NCBI GenBank assembly: GCA_963842525.1
Contig: CAWJGT010000003.1
Span: 1,248,001-1,312,000, forward strand
Source of the DNA: an uncultured Holophagales bacterium
GTDB taxonomy: Bacteria; Acidobacteriota; Thermoanaerobaculia; Multivoradales; UBA5704
DNA length: 64,000 nucleotides
Direction of reading: 5' to 3'
Shown: piece after piece, positions 60,398-64,000 of the stretch
How the letters are laid out: each line of letters opens with the position of its first letter
How positions within the stretch are numbered: position 1 is the first letter of the stretch
Notes under the pieces: generated by a model
What the model was told of the DNA's origin: nothing
The model's input: the letters and a program-made list of their open reading frames with translations, nothing else
Databases searched by the model: none
Program-made: the position numbers and the translations under genes

Positions 60398-62698
60398 TCA
60401 GCGCGGGGTGGTGAGCGCCGCGAGCCGGTGGTAGGCCGGATCCGCTCGCAGCGACGCGAGCTCCGGCTCGCGTTCGACCTCGGTGATCGGCAGCCCGGCA
60501 CGGATCGCGTCCGCCAGCGCGGTCAGAGCCTCCTGCCGGTCGCCGAGGGCCTCGTGGGCAAGGATCAATCGATAGCGGCTCGCAAGGTCGATCGCGTTGG
60601 CGCTCATCCGCGCGATCTCCTTGCGCGCCGCTTCGCCGTCTCCGGCCTTTGCAAGGTAGAGTGCGAGCCGGCTGCGTTCGGTCTCATCGCTCGCGCTGCC
60701 GGCGAGCCTCTTCTGCACGAGCAGGGCGGCGCGGCGGAAGGCGAGCCGCGCATCGTCCTCATGGCCGGGGAGGAAACGGTAGCTGTCGCCGAGGTTGGCC
60801 CACAGGAGCGGGTTGTTGGTCGCCGTGCCCCCCTTTTCTCCTGCCACGGCAACGGCCCGTTCGTACGCGGCGTTCGCCTCGGCATAGCGTCCCTGGTAGA
60901 AGAGGATCGTGCCGAGGTTGGTGTAAAGAGTGGAATCCGGGTTGATTTCGATCGCGCGTTGGAGCTCGGCCGCGGCACCGGCATCGTCTCCGCGTGCCTG
61001 AAGGACCCCGGCAAGGTTGCGGTGGCCTGAGACGCCGTCCGGCTCCAGGGCGATGGCGCGGCGGAATTCCCTCTCCGCCTCGGGGTAGGATTTCTGTTTG
61101 AACAGCACGCTGCCGAGCGCGTTGTGGAGCTCGGCGTCGCTTTCGCGCCGGCGGACTGCCTCACGGAACGCGGCCACGGCTGCTGCGGTGTCGCCGCGGG
61201 CAAGGGCCACGGCGCCACGCCCGCGTGCGGCGTCGGCGTTCGCCGGATCAAGCACCTCGGCGCGCGCGAAGGCGGCGGTGGCGACGTCGAGGTCCCCCTG
61301 GTCGACGGCCGCCCATCCGAGGCTGACGTGAGCCGCCGCCAGGTAGTTGTCGACGGCGACCGCCTGCTGGGCCACGGCCCGTGCCTGGCGGAGAAGCTGC
61401 TCGTCCCTCCCGGTGTTCCGGCTCTGGCGCCAGTACGCACGGGACAGGCCGGCGAGCGCTGGCGCCGACCGCGGCTCGACCCGGAGAGCCCGCTGGAAGA
61501 GCCCGATGGCGGTGTCGATGTGGCCCGGCTTGTCCCAGCGGGCGAGCCGCGCCATGCCGGCCTGGTAGAGGGCGTAGGGATCGTCGTCCGCCGCCTCCAC
61601 CGAGAGCGGCGGCGTGGTGTCGCGGCCTCCCAGGACCCTGGTCTGCGTCACGATCACCGCCCCCATCCCGAGGATGGCGACCAGCGCCAGAGGTCCGATC
61701 CACCAGCGCCCGCGGCGGGCCGCCGCGACAGGCCCGGGCTCCCCGCCCAAGACCGCCGCCCACGACGGTGCCGGAGACCCGGCTCCATCCGGCGTTACGG
61801 GCAGCGAGACGATCGTCGGTACGTCCCGCGCTGCCGCTACGGCGCGGTGCTCCTCCGAGCCCAGATCGAAGGAGATCCCGCGCAACTGTTCGGCCACAGC
61901 GGCGGCGCTCTCCGGCCGCGCCTCCGGAAACTTGGCGAGCAGGGCGTCCACCAGAGCCGCAAGCTGCGGGGGAATGGCCCGATCGTGCGCCGTCACCGGG
62001 TCGTGCGGCCGGATCGCCAGCTTCGCGAGAGTATCGAGAGGGGTGTCGGCTGCGAAAGGCGATACGCCGGTGAGCAGCTCGTAGAGCAGCACGCCGAACG
62101 AGAAGAGATCGGCGCGGGGATCGAGATAATGGCCGCGCGCCTGCTCCGGCGCCATCGAACGCGGAGTGCCGAGGACGGCGCCGGTCGCCGAGACGGCGAA
62201 TTTTGGATCGTCCGCGGACATCGGCTTGGCAAGCCCGAAATCGGCGATTTTCAGGTGGCCCGACGCCGAGATCAGCACGTTCTCGGTCTTGAAGTCGCGG
62301 TGGATGATGCCCTTGCCGTGCGCCGCGGCAAGCCCCTCGGCGAGCTGCGCCGCCCACGCCACCGTGGTGGCAAGCGGCGGCCGGCCGTTCGCCTCCAAGT
62401 GCTCGCGCAGCGACGGGCCATCGACGAATTCCATGACGATCCAATCACCGTCCTCATCGCTGAGGATGTCGAAGACCGGGACGATCGCCGGGTGGGAGAG
62501 GCGCGCCGCGGCCCACGCTTCGCGGCGGAAGCGCGCGCGCTGCTCGGGGCTGGAGCGCTCCGGATGGGCGTGCTTGATCGCGACCAGCCGATCGAGGCGG
62601 CTGTCGTGGGCGAGGAACACCTCCCCCATGCCGCCCGCACCAAGCCGGCGGACGAGGCGGTATGGACCGATGACACGATCCGCTGCAGGGCTCGACAC
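60398..62698 (-). CDS. Membrane Ser/Thr kinase with C-terminal TPRs
   Basis: GTG after GGGAGG; LGAGGMGEV, HRDFKTEN, DFG, GTPRSMAPEQ, TM WWIGPLALVAILGMGAVIV, TPRs. Confidence 0.9.
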   Translation of the reverse strand: MSSPAADRVIGPYRLVRRLGAGGMGEVFLAHDSRLDRLVAIKHAHPERSSPEQRARFRREAWAAARLSHPAIVPVFDILSDEDGDWIVMEFVDGPSLREHLEANGRPPLATTVAWAAQLAEGLAAAHGKGIIHRDFKTENVLISASGHLKIADFGLAKPMSADDPKFAVSATGAVLGTPRSMAPEQARGHYLDPRADLFSFGVLLYELLTGVSPFAADTPLDTLAKLAIRPHDPVTAHDRAIPPQLAALVDALLAKFPEARPESAAAVAEQLRGISFDLGSEEHRAVAAARDVPTIVSLPVTPDGAGSPAPSWAAVLGGEPGPVAAARRGRWWIGPLALVAILGMGAVIVTQTRVLGGRDTTPPLSVEAADDDPYALYQAGMARLARWDKPGHIDTAIGLFQRALRVEPRSAPALAGLSRAYWRQSRNTGRDEQLLRQARAVAQQAVAVDNYLAAAHVSLGWAAVDQGDLDVATAAFARAEVLDPANADAARGRGAVALARGDTAAAVAAFREAVRRRESDAELHNALGSVLFKQKSYPEAEREFRRAIALEPDGVSGHRNLAGVLQARGDDAGAAAELQRAIEINPDSTLYTNLGTILFYQGRYAEANAAYERAVAVAGEKGGTATNNPLLWANLGDSYRFLPGHEDDARLAFRRAALLVQKRLAGSASDETERSRLALYLAKAGDGEAARKEIARMSANAIDLASRYRLILAHEALGDRQEALTALADAIRAGLPITEVEREPELASLRADPAYHRLAALTTPR

Positions 62699-62786
62699 CT
62701 TGCCTCCCGGGTAGGTGCCCGATATTACCCTATTCCAGCAGAGTCTGGGGGAATCTACGCGAAGCCTGCCGTGAGTTCCTGGCGGG

Positions 62787-63173
62787 TCATGAATTTCGTT
62801 CGTAGCCTCCGGCAAAGGCGGCGATCTGCGCGTGCAACCGCTTGGGGGCAACCACCCGGTACGCCTCGACCACCAGATCGGCGATCTCGTCCCAGTCAAC
62901 GGGCACGTCCAGATACACGCCGAGCCAGCCGCGGTGCCCCACGTAGGGCGGGACGAAAAAGCGTTCGGGATCTGTCCCGACAAGGGTCTCCTGCGCGCCG
63001 TCCGGCGCGGCGCATACGAAGGCCAGGCGGTCGTTGTGGTGATGGTCGGAGTACATGACGAACGTCTTCTTGCCGCGGATGAACCAGGTCGGCTCGCCGT
63101 GGCTGATCCGTTCGGTCGTCTCCGGCAAGGCAAGACAGAGCTTCCGTAGTCTCTCCAGCGGGTCCTGGGCCAT
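62787..63173 (-). CDS. MmcQ/YjbR family protein
   Basis: LCLALPETTE..SHGEP, FFVPPYVGHRGWLG, EAYRVVAPKRL. Confidence 0.88.
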   Translation of the reverse strand: MAQDPLERLRKLCLALPETTERISHGEPTWFIRGKKTFVMYSDHHHNDRLAFVCAAPDGAQETLVGTDPERFFVPPYVGHRGWLGVYLDVPVDWDEIADLVVEAYRVVAPKRLHAQIAAFAGGYERNS

Positions 63174-63308
63174 GCCGCGATTCTGTCATGGCGGGGTCTC
63201 GTGCAGGAAGGCCGGCAGGAGTAAGATAAGGACGCTCAGTACGCGGTTCGATCTTCTCTCTGCTGGATGTCGAGGACGAAGGGGGGCTGAAAGGACACGG
63301 GGCAAGCC

Positions 63309-64000
63309 ATGAAACGGCTCAGGCTGGTCTACGTTCTCTTCCTGGCGCTCTGTCTGTTCGGGAGCCCTCCTGCCACGATGCGATCTGTGGCGGAGGAGCG
63401 GCCAGGTGTCTTTGCGATTGTCAATGCGCGGATCTTCGACGGGGTCCGGCTGGTGCCCCGGGGGACAGTGGTGGTCGACGGCGGCCGGATCGTCGCTTCC
63501 GGGCCGAAGGTCAAGCCGCCTCGGGGAGCCGAGGTGATCGACGGCTCCGGGGCTACGCTCCTGCCAGGTTTCATCGACGCGCACACCCACGTCTTCACTT
63601 CCTCCCTGGAGCGGTCCCTCGTCTTCGGCGTCACGACCGAGCTCGACATGTTCACCTCCCCGCAGCTCGCACAGGCCCTGCGGGACGAGCAGGCCGAGAC
63701 CGGGGCTCCAGGCCGGGCCGACCTGCGGAGCGCCGGATTCCTCGCGACCGCGCCCGGCGGGCACGGCACGCAGTTCGGCGTTCCGGTCCCGACGCTGACC
63801 GGGCCTGAGGAGGCGCAGGATTGGGTCGACGCCCGGATCGACGAGGGCTCGGACTACATCAAGATCATCTCCGAGGACGGCTCGGCCTACGGCGGGCAGC
63901 GCGCGGCGCTCGACCAGGAGACCATCGCGGCGCTGATCGAGGCCGCCCACCAACGGCGCAAGCGCGCCGTCGTCCACGTGAGCACACAGGAGCGCGCCAG
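63309..64000 (+). CDS. Secreted amidohydrolase-family protein (runs off window)
   Basis: My translation: signal peptide, NARIFDG, IDGSGATLLPGFIDAHTH, GVTTELDMF, GSDYIK. Confidence 0.85.
   Translation, partial: MKRLRLVYVLFLALCLFGSPPATMRSVAEERPGVFAIVNARIFDGVRLVPRGTVVVDGGRIVASGPKVKPPRGAEVIDGSGATLLPGFIDAHTHVFTSSLERSLVFGVTTELDMFTSPQLAQALRDEQAETGAPGRADLRSAGFLATAPGGHGTQFGVPVPTLTGPEEAQDWVDARIDEGSDYIKIISEDGSAYGGQRAALDQETIAALIEAAHQRRKRAVVHVSTQERA

Overview
GC-rich bacterial DNA, most likely Acidobacteriota (Thermoanaerobaculia-like), inferred from the PadR plus ADOP permease pair, the ECF-sigma/Ser-Thr-kinase pair and the palindromic repeats. Many genes carry single-base frameshifts, probably long-read assembly errors, so several calls join ORF fragments. 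The backbone holds pepT, actP/DUF485, an antiporter, oxidoreductases, an L,D-transpeptidase, ku-ligD, fdhD, marC, DUF885 and glycosyltransferases. Best leads: (1) a sigma54 module at 58-62.7 kb with an FHA-like enhancer-binding protein, four TCGAC boxes spaced exactly 10 bp apart, a consensus -24/-12 promoter, a low-GC orphan ending in an Asp-Pro 'DPEMVVG' tail, and a membrane TPR Ser/Thr kinase; (2) a cytoplasmic subtilase-gluzincin fusion followed by a ComEC-like MBL hydrolase at 10.8-16.5 kb; (3) a 34-46 kb plasticity zone with attC-like sites but no integrase, an IS3, a truncated RAYT, toxin-antitoxin relics, a duplicated DUF885 5' end and a twice-repeated unit of TPR tail, conserved spacer and Cys-rich secreted peptide; (4) a 17-aa micropeptide and a structured RNA leader before an ankyrin gene; (5) MITE-like elements sharing terminal repeats but carrying different REP cargo. 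No rRNA, tRNA or CRISPR array was seen. All family calls come from motif recognition by eye, not database searches.
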